Shown: in pieces, positions 14,641 to 28,428 of the stretch | Layout of the letters: each line of letters begins with the position of its first letter | Position numbering within the stretch: position 1 is the stretch's first letter | Source of the DNA: Octopus sinensis | Lineage: Eukaryota | Direction: 5' to 3' | DNA length: 64,000 bases | Assembly (NCBI RefSeq): GCF_006345805.1 | Contig: NC_043004.1 | Span: forward strand, 67,828,001-67,892,000 | The notes under the pieces: model-generated | Databases searched by the model: none | Told to the model about the DNA's origin: nothing | The model's input: only the letters and a program-made list of their open reading frames with translations | Position numbers and translations under genes: made by a program

Positions 14641-14838
14641 CTGAGTAAATTCCAGATGTATTGATTGTTACTCGTATAGAGCAGTTAAAATATTGGATGA
14701 AGTGCTTTGCAATATTTGTTCGGTTAGTTTACGTACTAACTGCATATTACGCCGAGATATTCGTGGAATTTCACATCTCTGAGAGCAAATATACGACCTA
14801 CCTGTGAAATGTACATTATTTACCTTTTTTATGCCCGT

Positions 14839-14912
14839 GGGCATATGGTGTGGTGGTTAAGAGGGCGGGCTACTAATCCCACGATTCCATGTTCGATGCT
14901 AGGCAGTAACCG

Positions 14913-14968
<56 letters not shown>

Positions 14969-15126
14969 TATAATAATGATAGTAACATCGAAAAATACCT
15001 TATGTTAGAAATATCCCCAAGACACATGATGAAGGCTGGAGGGTATGTCAGCCGAAACAAAATAAGGACAAATATCCGTCAAATGTAAATAATGTACATA
15101 ATTTCTCATCTCTTAAAATATAGAAC
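14839..15126 (+). mobile_element. tRNA-headed SINE with (AAT)n middle and HHR-like 3' module
   Basis: A-box-like tggtgtggtgg (14846-14856), B-box-like gttcgatgc (14891-14899), (AAT)n, then acac-aTGATGA-a-ggctg..cagcc-GAAAc (15022-15058) and a 3' end shared with 55488-55614. Confidence 0.65.
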
Positions 15127-15470
15127 ATGTGAAATATTTTTGTTATTATCAAAAATTTTATTTCTTTTCAAAACTTCTGGTTCAGTGACTATATATGTAA
15201 ATTTGAGGTTAGGGTATAAACATAGTATTCAGATTGCCAGACAAAGTAACTTGTACATTCGTTGCGGCACTTTTCTATTTCCGTTGAAATTCAACAGAGG
15301 GCAACTTTGTTTTTGTTTCTTTTTAGGACAATAAAATATCTCTAGGGTCCAGAAAATGGAACACACTTTATCGATTAACATTTTACCCCGAATTTCGTTT
15401 CTATTTAAAGAAAGAAGTTCTTATCATTAGAAAAACAGAAAAAACAAATTATTTCGGGAAATATTTACAT

Positions 15471-15504
<34 letters not shown>

Positions 15505-15559
15505 GGGGGGGGGTCTGTGTTTACATTTTATTGAGATCTTCACTGGTACATTCCAACTG

Positions 15560-17565
15560 TAGTCCTTTTTATTATGAGTGGCTGTGCTTTCTACCATATT
15601 GTGAGTTTTTATTTCTTCATCCTTGAGATTATCCTTCCAACGGATTTAATTATAGTGTGTTCCAGCTACAACGGAAGATAATACCGTCATGACATTTTCA
15701 GATAACTGCTTATGATGTGGGTGATATCTTCTGTGTGAACTCCACAATGTCTGCCTCAGTTGCCACATTTTACGGATTTTCTTGCATCTCTATCCCTTTT
15801 ATGCATCAGGTATTTGGTCGATATTTCCTGTTCCTGGATTGCTAATGTATACCCTTCAAAATGGGAGGTAGTAATCCGGCTATTGGTCTTTGATAAACTG
15901 CTTTGATGATCGATGTTCCTATCACCAGGAAGCTGTGTACTAACATATCTATGCTTAGGCTCATCCTTTCAGCTGATGATACGTTGCGTTAGAGTCAAGC
16001 AACTTCTTTGGGCATGTATTCTGAATACATGCTTTGGGCATGTACTCAGATAAAGAGTGTTACTGAAGGGGCTATCTTCTAAGTCTTATGATGTTATCAG
16101 CCTCATGTATGCACAGTTGGTCAAGGGAGGCACTTGACTCGAAACTTGGTGGTTAAAAGATGTTGCGAAATGGATGTGATGCGACATTCAAAGGCATTTT
16201 GGATCGATGTTAAGCTTTTGCCGCCTTGCTTTCGTTTTAGGTAGATACGGGCTACGTCACTATTTGTGGAAATTATGTATGCTTGTTAGTATTTTTCAGG
16301 TTTTCACATCAATGGCTCAGATCTCATCAAGCGACCGAAATGTTGGTAGGAGTACTGGCAATGTAAACACATTGGGGGGAGGTCCTGTTTTATTGAATTC
16401 AAGGAGTTCTGAGGTGCAAACTTTCTTTATTCGACTGTAATATTTTTTAGTGACACGTGTTATGTTACAAATGCCATTGTAAGATATATTTTTATCCACT
16501 GCTAAATGCCTCTAACATTCCTCGTCAGATACAAAGTAAACAGTCAAATCATTGATGGAGATGTTACTATTCTGGATTATAGTTTTTCCATACTACATTT
16601 ATTCTGACCAAAACACAAACCTACATCCTTTGAGAATATTATAACTAGGTCAAGACTCTTTCTCATCTCATGCATATTCTTTCCATAAAGATTTAAGTCA
16701 TCCACAAAGAAACAGTGTGTAATTTTGGTATTTCTGTTTCCTTGTGAACCAGTGAAATAGCCTTCAGACTTCTTAACATGATTGACAAGGGGTTTACAGA
16801 AAGTATAAACATCACAGAGAGGCTGTCTCCTTGGAATATGCCTTTGCGATATTGTATTCTATCGGTGATAATACAGTCACTCTTTGTGTTTAATTTCAAG
16901 ATGGTGGCCCACGATGCAGTCGGTTCAGCTATGGCTTTGATTATTCTCACTGGAACTTTAGCAAGTTGAAGGGCTTCTAGCATCCTTGAGTGGGGGACAA
17001 ATTCAAAGACTTTTTTGTAGTCTAGCCACATTGAAACTAGTTTCCTCCTGTACTCTCACACCTCTGATATCTCAATTTTCTTGATTAACAATTGCTACCG
17101 GCCCATCCCCAGGATCCCCTCTTCCCAGCTGCTTGTTCTGTTGTGATAATGTTATTGGTTTCACAATGCTCCTAGAGGAAGGGTTTTAAACATGCTGTAT
17201 ATATTTTATACATTAATTTCTTGCATACAATTGGCCGGTAGGTGTCTGCCATGTCAGTGGTGACTTTGAGGATCAATTTTGTCTCTGTCAGTGCTAACCG
17301 GTGTGGTATGCTACTGTTTCCAATGAAAGCTTACTGGTACAGATTGTTAAGATATGTTTGGTAGAATGTTTACTTCTTGTACCAATATCCCACGATGAAG
17401 TCTCTTCCAGGTGCCTTTCCATCCTGGAGTTTCTGGATCACAGTTGCAAGAGTTTCACCATACATGATGTATCTCTTGGATGTAACGCAGGAGCAATAAC
17501 TTTTTCGGATTTCTTCCAGCTACAGCGCGTCTCAGTTAAATTCCTTTTGGAAGACCTAGTAGGAT
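15560..17565 (-). mobile_element. R4/Dong-type REL non-LTR retrotransposon fragment (RT to CCHC), decayed
   Basis: Minus-strand motifs GKAPGRDFIVGYWYK, WLDYKKVFEFVPHS, KGIFQGDSLS, FFVDDLNLY, EGYTLAIQEQEISTKYL, RHCGVHTEDITHIISS; many stops and frameshifts. Confidence 0.85.
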
Positions 17566-17924
17566 TTTCTATCTATTCAAATATATAGGTTATTAACTGT
17601 AAAGGACCTCACTACCTTGAAACTAAAGATTTTGACAGAGTGGTACAAAGAAAAGACAAGTTATCTACATATTTGCAAGCGGGCTTAGAAACAATCTCGT
17701 CGTTTTCGTTACGTTGTGACAGCTTCAATGAAAGAGACAACTGCAAAATTACCATCAAGTCCTCGTTTACAGCGGATTGTACTGCGGCAACATCCTATGA
17801 AATGCATTGTCCAATGACTCAAATTGCTTTCTGCTCTATATATCACATCTATATGAGTTCTGAAAAAATATGCAATGGTTTTCGTCTGAAGGAATATTAT
17901 GCATAAATATTATCACTATATTCG

Positions 17925-18330
17925 GAGGCATGGCTGTATGGTAACACGCTTGCTTCCCAATCACGTGTTTCCGAGTTCTGCATGGGCCCTTGAGTGAGTA
18001 TCTTCTGCTATGGTCTCGTGCCGACGAAAGACTGGTGAATTGATTTGGTAGGCGGAAACTAAGATAATCCCGTCGTATATACATATGTATATATTTATAT
18101 GTATTTTCGTGTCTGTGTTTGTCCCCACCCCCGCCGTCGTTTGGCAACCGATGATTGTGTGTTTACGTCTCTGTAACGTAGTGGTTCGGCAAAAGCGACA
18201 GATAAATTAAATAATAAGCTTAGAAAAAATAAATCCTGGGATCGACCTCTTCGACCACAACCCTTTGAGACGGTTCTCCAGCATGACCTTTGTCAAATAA
18301 CGGAAACCAGTAAACGAATGAAAGAATAAA
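17925..18330 (+). mobile_element. tRNA-derived SINE family A, near full length
   Basis: ggaggcatggctgtatggtaa...gcttgcttcccaa head, internal (TA) tract, 3' part matching 250-400. Confidence 0.75.
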
Positions 18331-19419
18331 AAATAATTGTTTTGCTGTATTTATTTCTGAAAATAGGAACTGGCATGAACATATACAGATTACTTTAGCT
18401 TTATCACATAAGCACATATTTGTAATGTAGTAGCAGAGACTTCACGTACAAAACCTTGGTGATGAATACGGAACGAACGTATTTATTTGAAAAAAATACA
18501 TTAAGAAATTTAATTCTGTCTTTCTATAATTTATTTCTATCCATGCATTTTGTCTTTGATAATATAGATATTTGTGCACAGACGGCTTAAATAGAACACA
18601 GCAACGAAAATGTTGCTAATCTATAAATTCTTGACAATTCCCTTACTATATAAACATAATTGAATAGAATCTCCCGATTCATTCTTAATTAAATTTCATA
18701 AATATATACTCTTATATATATATGTGCGTGTGTTTGTGTGTGTGCGTATATATATGTATGTATATATGCATGTATACATACATATATATATGTATGTATA
18801 TGTATATATGTATATATATGTATATATACATATGTATGTATTTATGAATGTATATGCATATGTATATACGTATAATGTTCTATTTACGTTCCATGGATCT
18901 ACAAACAATTAATTAAATCATGAAAATGTGCGATCCTAATTAAGTCTGAATTTAATTTCCCTTTGATGATTAATATGAATTTGGAAGACAAAGGAGCCAC
19001 AGAGGAATCCTTATTTTCTTGCTTCTACTGCTATGAATAGTGACAACATATCCTCAGTGTCATGTTATTTATTTGTTTACTGTTTAATTTTTCTGGTTTT
19101 GCTTTTGTTTTTTTTTGTTCTTTTAGAACATGAAGTATACAAAGGATACACGAAGTCATTGGTGATAATGAGTGACCTACATAGATTAATCTGGCGATTT
19201 ATTTTCATAGTCAGGTTAACCGGAGGCTAAACAACAAAATCCTTAAATATCAAACGGCAAGAATGAAATCTCCTAAGAAGTTTCTTAAGCTACTGAAAAT
19301 ACTAGACAAATCTCCCTGCAACAGTACGCCTCTGTCTTAAAGAAAAACCAGACAGGCTGATTATCTTTTTATAGTTACACTATGTCGGTAAAAATATTAT
19401 TATACGCATCATCAAAGGA

Positions 19420-19595
19420 ACGAGCTTCTTAGCGACATTTATTCGTCTTAACGTTCGGAGTTCAAATTTCGCCGGAGTCCACCTTGCCTTTCATCTTTTC
19501 GAGGTATATTAAAATAAGTTGAGTATTGGGGTCGATGTAATCGGCTTATTCCCTTCCCTGGAATTTTCTGTATTTGTTCCAAAATTTAAAACCAA
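19420..19595 (+). mobile_element. SINE fragment (Nin/Deu-domain family C)
   Basis: gttcaaatttcgccggagtccaccttgcctttcatcttttcgagg...ggggtcgatgtaatcg, homologous to 58797-59213. Confidence 0.65.
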
Positions 19596-20394
19596 TATAT
19601 ATCCGTCATCACAGATTAACTTCGTGGCATTATCAACGTGTAGACAACAAGAACTGCAATGTCAAATGTCATATGATTTGAAGTATAATTATAAGCCCAA
19701 TTGCGGATGACAGCGAATCAATTTTGAAAAAGTAGGAATTTTAAATCTAAATGTAGCTTAGATATGTAAAATAAATTCGTATGTAACGATATAACAGTCT
19801 TTATACTTAAATTCTATATCAGAAGAAGCAGTGGCCTTGTAAATTTTGCATTTGAATGTAATACATTTTGTGCAAAACTTTTAAGTTCCTGGTTGATCTG
19901 AGGCTCTCGCGCACACTCATATGCACATATACAAATTCAACAATAGTATCTCGTATGTAAGCCACATAATTTTCGAGGATTAATATACCATCCGTTTGTA
20001 CAGCAATATTAATGTTTTTACTTATGATATACACGAGTGAGAATGTCACACACACACACATTAGTAATAGTATAATAATCTTTATGTAGCATTATCTTGA
20101 CAGTGTGACATGGCTGGTCACCTTTTCATTTACAAATGCAGCCCAGTCGATAATCTTCTACGCTTGTCTAATTGCCAGACTTCATTGCCAAAGTTTAGGC
20201 TGATTAAAGTCTATAAAACAGCCATTTGCCGAAACAGAGACTCGATATTGCATAGTGAAATGAAAGGCTAAGCAGGCTGAAATTTCAAAGTCGCTATCTT
20301 GTTCAAGATTACTAGATATACACTTAGCAAAAGATATTGAGTACCCCCTCCGTTTAAATAAATAGCACTTTTGGCTTAGTAATTTTATTAAACG

Positions 20395-20700
20395 AAGCCG
20401 TTGTGGTATGGTAAGATTCTTTTCCCCAGCAACACGGTTCCAGGTTCAGTTCACCTGCGAGGAAACATCCGTGTTCCATGCTAGCATGGGTGGGACGGTA
20501 TCACAAAAGGCGGCCATTCCGAAGTCTGCACCAGACCTTGTGTGACTGTTTTGGCAGTGTTTTTGCAGCTGGATGCCCTTCCAAAGACCAAACACGCAGC
20601 AGAGTGGACGTAGGGCTTTTTATGTGGCACAAGCACAGGCGAGTTGAGTAGTACTTTTTACGTGACGCAAGTACAGGTGAGGTGAGTTTTCACATTCGCC
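20395..20700. mobile_element. SINE family A head fragment (+, ~20395-20460) fused to SINE family D fragment (-, ~20467-20700)
   Basis: ggtaag...ggttccaggttcagt head; ccatgctagcatggg...gctggatgcccttcc shared with 46997-47352. Confidence 0.6.
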
Positions 20701-20920
20701 AGTCTATTAACGAAGACTCTGAAGAGACATATATATGTGCATTTGTATTGTTTTTAAATTAACTAAGATATATAAATCGAAACGAATTGTTGGAAACTTT
20801 GGTTTTTTTAATGATATTTTGTTATCTTATATTATATTATATTCATAGTATATTATGCTATATTATAATATAAATAAATTATTGGATTGTCAATTGAATG
20901 ATTCTGTTTCATTTATTGTT

Positions 20921-21013
<93 letters not shown>

Positions 21014-21026
21014 CATTTATATATAT

Positions 21027-21062
<36 letters not shown>

Positions 21063-21071
21063 CATTTATAT

Positions 21072-21126
<55 letters not shown>

Positions 21127-22217
21127 TTATAACTTTATTATATATATATATATATATATACATGTTTGCGTATGTGTGTGTGTTTGCATGTGTGAAAACT
21201 ACATTAAATCTACCGACAAGTTGATGTTTATGGTTCCTGGTAGTGTATCCGTTCTCTTTTGCATAATATTCTGAATCAATGCATATACATATTCAAATGC
21301 AGGTGCCTGTGTGTATGTGTTCGTGTGTATTTGTGTGTGTGAGTATGTGTCTCTGTCTCAGTCTGTGCGCGCTTCAGTAGAAGTGTTGCTGTGAACATAC
21401 AACGTAAGAAAGACAGCTATACTGATCTAAGATATATAGAAGTGCGGTGGGTGGACTAAATTGTTCACTCTCATATCGAACCAAGACTAACAAAACATAT
21501 TAAAAAAAGAAAAAAATGAAAAAATTCAATGGAAAAGAAATGGAAAAATTTTCCTCACAGAAACGTATGAAAACATTAAAAAAAAAATTACATTCATTTT
21601 GGATGTATCTGTTTGGTAAAAACTGAAACTAAAGGAGTGTGAGCAATGATTTAAGATTATGGACATGCGGATATTAAATAAGTGAAAGTGCCTAGAAAAT
21701 AAATCGCAATTAAAATGACAATGCTAGTATGACACACTGTAAACATAAGCATAAAGCATATGGGGAGACCAAGGCTATCTTTTATGCAAGTTTTTTAATA
21801 GACATGACGTGTATAAGTAAACGAAAAAATATATATAAAGAAGTTGCTTAAGCTGTAGAGTAAAATGATTTCTTCCGTTTACAATTGCCGATATCTGGAA
21901 AGAAGAGAAAATATAATGTGAATGAAAAAAAAGAAACGCAAAAATAACTCGGATAACAACAAATTATCGTTCTTGGAAACAGAAATAAAAATATGAGACG
22001 TAAACAACATGAACAGAAACAAAAACAACAATAACATTAGTAGCAACTTTAATAATGGCAGCAGCGACAAAAAAGGATCGGCTTTCTCTAAAAAACAGCA
22101 TCAAAATAAACGGTTAAAATGAAATACATATCGAAATAGATATCTAGCACACACTTAGCTACATGTATATACATATTATACATGCATGAAATACATATGT
22201 ATATTATATATATTATG

Positions 22218-22284
<67 letters not shown>

Positions 22285-22428
22285 AAGATATATGTATTTA
22301 TGTATATGTATGTATATATGATTATATGTATGTATATAATGTATATATATATATATATATATATTACCAATCACATATCGGTATGTGTTACAATGTGCCA
22401 TGCGTGTGTGTGTGCGTGCGTTTACATA

Positions 22429-22466
<38 letters not shown>

Positions 22467-22857
22467 GTGCATATAGGTATATTTCAAAAATATTTCATGT
22501 ACATCTATTATTTTATCTCCACTTTCGACCATTATCTCTTGAATGTTATGTATGTCAAAACCCATATCTCTCTCGTCACATTTGGGTTTCTATCCATCTG
22601 TAGAAATATACCTCGATCGAAGACACTCAACAACGCTAGATTTAACTATTACCGTCCATCAATGTATCCATTTAACATTGCAAGCACAAATTCCACTTAA
22701 AGACTTCTTTTTCTATATTCTAATTCTTGTTTCCTTTAACTTAACAGCACTGACAAATAATATATTAGATATGACGGGTAGTCTCTTGTTTCTCTCGTGA
22801 ATTTGATATATCAACATATATGGATCCCACCGAAAACAATTGCTTAATGATATATAC

Positions 22858-22888
<31 letters not shown>

Positions 22889-23082
22889 ATATATATATGT
22901 ATGTATACATATGTATGTATATATATATGTATGTTTATTATGCATATATAATATTATATATTATAGCTATTATATAATATATATGATATATGTTTATTTA
23001 TATATGTATCAACACAATGTATAATATATATTTAATATATATATATATATATTCATATTTATACATATTATAAATATATCAT

Positions 23083-23115
<33 letters not shown>

Positions 23116-23365
23116 AACCTTTGCGAGCATACCCACATATACACAATATATCTTTAAACATATATCCATTGCATGACTAAGTACATACATATATATAATA
23201 TATATATGTGTGTGTGAGTGTTTGTGTAACATATGAGAGAAAGAGAGAAGGAATGGAATTCGGGAGATTCCTTTTAATCACTACGATCGTTTCGACATTC
23301 AGCCTTTTTTAAATGATATATTACAAGTTGTTTAACCATATTCAGTATTACACAAGCGCACACAA

Positions 23366-23424
<59 letters not shown>

Positions 23425-23761
23425 TGTGTGTGTGCGAGAGAGAGATACTGTATTTTTATTTACGGTTTAACGGATTAACTATCAACATTAAGAAAAGGAG
23501 CTTGTTGTCCCTGCTTTGTAATTCACGACACATTAAGTGAGATGACAAAGGCACATCATGAGCTTGTATTACAGAATGTAATCTCCAATTAGGTGGCTGC
23601 TGCTTTAAGATTGAATTAATAAGCAAGTAATGAGAAGTGGTCTCATGAAACTAATTTTAGAAAAGATGATAGCTACATATAAGTTCTATACTATCACGAA
23701 TATACTTGTGCATTATAGTTTCATTCCTGTGTGTATCCTATGAATTTGAAGTTACGTCTGG

Positions 23762-24150
23762 GATGTAGTTAGATCTGTGATGTAGTTAGGTCTGTGATGT
23801 AGTTAGGTTTGTGATGTAGTTAGGTTTGTGATGTAGTTAGGTTTGTGATGTAGTTAGGTTTGTGGTGTAGTTAGGTCTGTGATGTAGTTAGGTTTGTGAT
23901 GTAGTTAGGTCTGTGATGTAGTTAGGTTTGTGATGTAGTTAGGTCTGTGATGTAGTTAGGTTTGTGATGTAGTTAGGTCTGTGATGTAGTTAGGTCTGTG
24001 ATGTAGTTAGGTCTGTGGTGTAGTTAGGTTTGTGATGTAGTTAGGTTTGTGATGTAGTTAGGTCTGTGATGTAGTTAGGTTTGTGATGTAGTTAGGTTTG
24101 TGATGTAGTTAGGTCTATGATGTAGTTAGGTCTGTGGTGTAGTTAGGTCT
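23762..24150. repeat. 17-bp minisatellite GATGTAGTTAGGTYTGT, ~23 copies
   Basis: Constant 17-bp period with C/T and A/G variants, no spacers. Confidence 0.97.
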
Positions 24151-25872
24151 TACAGAACTGTCAATCGGCTTGAAATTGTCTTCTGAGCATTGATTAACTT
24201 ATATTTACAAAAGTGACCCCACGATTCTCTGATATGGATATGGGCAGGCTACTGAAAAATCTAACTGAGCAAAAGCCTGTAAGTATTTGACAGAGATTAC
24301 TACGGTAGAGTAAATGACTTCTGTAGGATATGGGAATAATGTTATAACATATGACATTATTCCAATTTTTTCCCTTCCAAGCTGACATGTTGAAGACACA
24401 GCCACCTTAAATGCTGATATTTATGATTAGAAGTTTCATTTGATAATTATCTGTTGTTTAATGAACAAGTCACTGTTCAAACCTATATTTGGTATCCTGA
24501 GAAGTAAAGTGTTATGTAACATATTTTGCTATTTACTTAATTGTTTTAAGCATATTTCCAATTAAAGACAATTTCAGCAATACCGATTAACCGATTCGTC
24601 TGCTTTTATTAAGATATTCCGCCCTGCTTAAGTTTCGATTCACAAGTTGATAAGTTTGAATCCATTTTATAAAACTGGAACTCTCTAAAATATCGTAAAT
24701 TCTTCATTGATTGCTTTCCGTGAAAACATAATGTTTTAATGAACTGAATATCTTGTTAATTTGTGACGTGTTGTACCTTAACATGTATGGGGACATTGCT
24801 ATCAAATTTATACTTACTTGTACTTGACATTCACCCTGGGCGTGTTGAGTCGGCTTCTTCTAGCACCCTCGAGGCATCTCGAACATATGGCAGCCCACGC
24901 ACGACTTATAATATCAATAGTGATGGTGATAGCCTTCGGAATCTGATCTTGGATTCAACTGGATCAGTAACACTGCCTTTGTGAGGACATTATCAAAAGA
25001 CTTGGTGAAAAGTTCAAATTGCGTTAATGGAGTTTGTTCGAATATTTCTAAGAGCAATGGCTACCGCATGTGATGATCCGTCTCTGTGGGAGTCATTTTT
25101 TGTCCGTCTTAGGATGATCTCAATGTCTTTGGGAATATTCATGAAGCGAAAATAGAATAAATATTCGAGAATAGATGATTAAGCGTAATTCTTCTCTGCA
25201 GCACTGAAGCGTTCGGTGGACTAGTTGTTTTGAGGTTGAAAAACTGTTCAACCTCTTCACCGATCTCGTTAGAAAAGTACATGAATGCGAAAGAGAAGCG
25301 TTTACAGATAATATTTTTGTCGTATTAGATTGTTGTTTCATTACATATTTATTCGTGTTACTACTCTTATATGTTGACTAGGATGGTCCGAGATTATTCC
25401 TCAATGGAATGTAAAATGAATACATAACCATTTTCGATTAAGCAAGGTATCGATTATATTCATAGGATGGCCACCGGTTCGTGCTTGAAAACGATGACAC
25501 GCAGCTCAAATGGATCAGGTTTCACAAGTATGAGTTTCTAGGCTACGCATGAAGGTTGACACATCTCATGCTAAAAACTCGCAACCAAATGAAGCAATTA
25601 GCTGAAATGCTCGAAGATTTTCAGCTACCGAAGACTAAAGCCGAAACTACTCTAATTGTACTGCTATAATGCTAAACAAAAGAACATATCAAATACTATG
25701 TTTAGGAGATTTTCCGACAAAGATTAGTCAACGGTATTGATACCATTCGCAGAGACATACTCAACATGAAATTGAAAATTTACACAAATATAATGATGCT
25801 ACGGTCATATCTATGGAACGACATATACGTGTGTGTGTTCATATCGGCATGAATGTATCTAAGTATCTATCA

Positions 25873-25914
<42 letters not shown>

Positions 25915-25965
25915 GTATATATGTATGGATATAAGTGTGTATGTATGGATGTATGTTTTTGTGAA

Positions 25966-26042
<77 letters not shown>

Positions 26043-26064
26043 GTGTGTGTGTGTGTAAAATTCA

Positions 26065-26270
26065 ATAAGGGTAGGAATTGATATTAATCAATTAAAACCA
26101 GTGGCCTAGCATATTAAAAACCCGAAGATTAAAATATTTTTACATACAAAATTTAAAGGACTGACCACTAAAAGTGGACGGTCAACATGCTAGATATAGA
26201 CGTCAAAATCGCTATTTTCACGAAGAATGCGTTCTCAAATAAAACCTCAGCACCAACCAAAGCGTTGATA
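26065..26270. repeat. (TA)n-flanked dispersed module, probably related to 48755-48920
   Basis: Both show agtgg(c/t)c-agcat...catgct(a)ga..ag...c..aatc..cta in the same order. Confidence 0.4.
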
Positions 26271-26347
<77 letters not shown>

Positions 26348-26460
26348 AGAGGGCATTATTATACATAAATGCCACACACTAGGAGGCACTCTTAAAATCA
26401 AAACTACTAAAATAAACATATTGTTCTCTCGAAGCAAGTCATTTAAAAACAGAATTCAGC

Positions 26461-26521
26461 TGCATAACAACTGTGATTTCGTAATCAGTGCAGTGGTACG
26501 TACTCTTTACTCATCAGTGCA
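26461..26521 (-). ncRNA. Type I hammerhead-like motif
   Basis: Minus strand TGCA-CTGATGA-GTAA...TTAC-GAAA-tcacagttgt-TA-TGCA. Core and stems I/II intact; stem III imperfect. Confidence 0.55.
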
Positions 26522-26717
26522 AGCATAATTCAAGATTTATAATGAATGAACAAAATCAACATACCAGACGAAACACCATCGTGTACAAAGTAGTATCTAA
26601 AACTGTTCACCTCTTATACATCTATGTAAATGGCGGGCTTTTTCGAATTGCATTTCGGTAACAACGTGCCTATTCGAAATAAAAATTCAGTATTGAATAT
26701 GCTCCGGTTAGATTTAC

Positions 26718-26905
26718 AATTTAAAAATGGGATAAAATCTTCATAAGAATTTATCAAGTAGTTAGCAAGAAAACCTAATAAGAGAAAAAATCCAACAATT
26801 TTTTCATTTAAATATATTTATTTATATTGGAGGATTTTTTCTGTTATGAGGTTTTTTCACGCTGACTACTTGATAAATTCTCATAAAGATTTTATCTTAT
26901 TTTAA

Positions 26906-26908
<3 letters not shown>
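26718..26908. repeat. Imperfect inverted repeat, ~75-bp arms
   Basis: ataaaatcttcataagaatttatcaagtagttagc...gaaaaaatcc versus ggattttttc...gctgactacttgataaattctcataaagattttat. Confidence 0.85.
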
Positions 26909-26981
<73 letters not shown>

Positions 26982-27575
26982 ATATATATACATGTATGTG
27001 TATGTATGTATTATTTATGTATGAATGTATGTAGGCAATTTAGGTAAGTAATTCCAAAGGAAATATATCCCTTACAAGTAGGGATACAGGCATGAATTTG
27101 TCATGTTTAAGAAACAGTCCAAATTATCGCCATCACGGCAACAAGCTGTTCCTTTTGACTCTATATTTCTCAACATTACATTATATCATAAAAACTATAT
27201 ATGTGTACGTCTGTGTGAGTATGTGTATGTGTGTGTATGTGTATCATTATATCCGTCTACACACACATACATACACACACACACACACACATGGGTGTTC
27301 AGATGTCTGTGCTTTTTTACATGCCTGAATAAGTTTGACGGTCCAAAGTTATATTAACTCCTAGAGTTGCAATAATTCGCAGTTCGTTGTAAGTCCCATC
27401 TATATTTCATTCTACAACAACTACAACAGAAAATCTCAGATATTGCTACTGCTTCTACAGCCATTTACACGTGAATAGTAACAAATAGTAAAACATTATA
27501 TATATATTTATATATATGTATACATATGTATGTATGTATGTATGTATAGATATGTCTATATCTATCTATCTATCT

Positions 27576-27618
<43 letters not shown>

Positions 27619-28042
27619 ATATATATATGTGTATTAAATATATATATGCATACATGTATATATGTGTGGATGTGTGTATATAAATATATATATATATATT
27701 GCGTGTACATACATACATACATGCATACATACATACACACATATGCATCAATGAAAATAGCATTTAATTTTCATAAGAGTAAAATAAAAGAAATGGATGT
27801 CTTTCAGAGAAAAAAACCAAATCAACGCTTAGCAGTGGAAATGAGTCTGTTGGCAAACTACAATGAATGCCTACATGCGTATAAAATAACTAAAAAGCTA
27901 CTTTTCTACGCATACATATGCACATATGCTTATATAATTACTTGTTTATATAATCAAACATATATACATATTCACTCACATACATACATCTGTTTTCTTT
28001 ATACACTTACATACACTCGCAAGTGTATATAATGTATAATTG

Positions 28043-28075
<33 letters not shown>

Positions 28076-28097
28076 TATATATATAATACATACATAT

Positions 28098-28129
<32 letters not shown>

Positions 28130-28165
28130 CTGTATATGCATACACACACATACATACATACATTC

Positions 28166-28200
<35 letters not shown>

Positions 28201-28428
28201 ATATATTATATATACTTATATATTCATAGATATATGAATACATTCGTACTATATTCAAATGCATACCTCCAGAAGCGTATATACATATATGTGCATATGT
28301 ATGTAAATGTATTGACGTATGTATGTGTACATGCGTGTGTCCATTTCAACATAGACATTACATTTTCTTTTCTTTCGGTCCGTTGTATAAAAGAAATTCA
28401 AAGAAATAACTGGATTTTGGCAGCATAC

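Noticed and set aside
17640-17906. 88-aa ORF
   Set aside because: No recognisable domain; the opposite strand faintly resembles a mariner C-terminus, too weak to call.
23762-24150. CRISPR-like or telomeric array
   Set aside because: No unique spacers; TTAGG is only part of a 17-bp unit; eukaryotic context.
25465-25488. GWPPVR (plant Aux/IAA degron-like) peptide
   Set aside because: Followed almost immediately by a stop; chance match in animal DNA.
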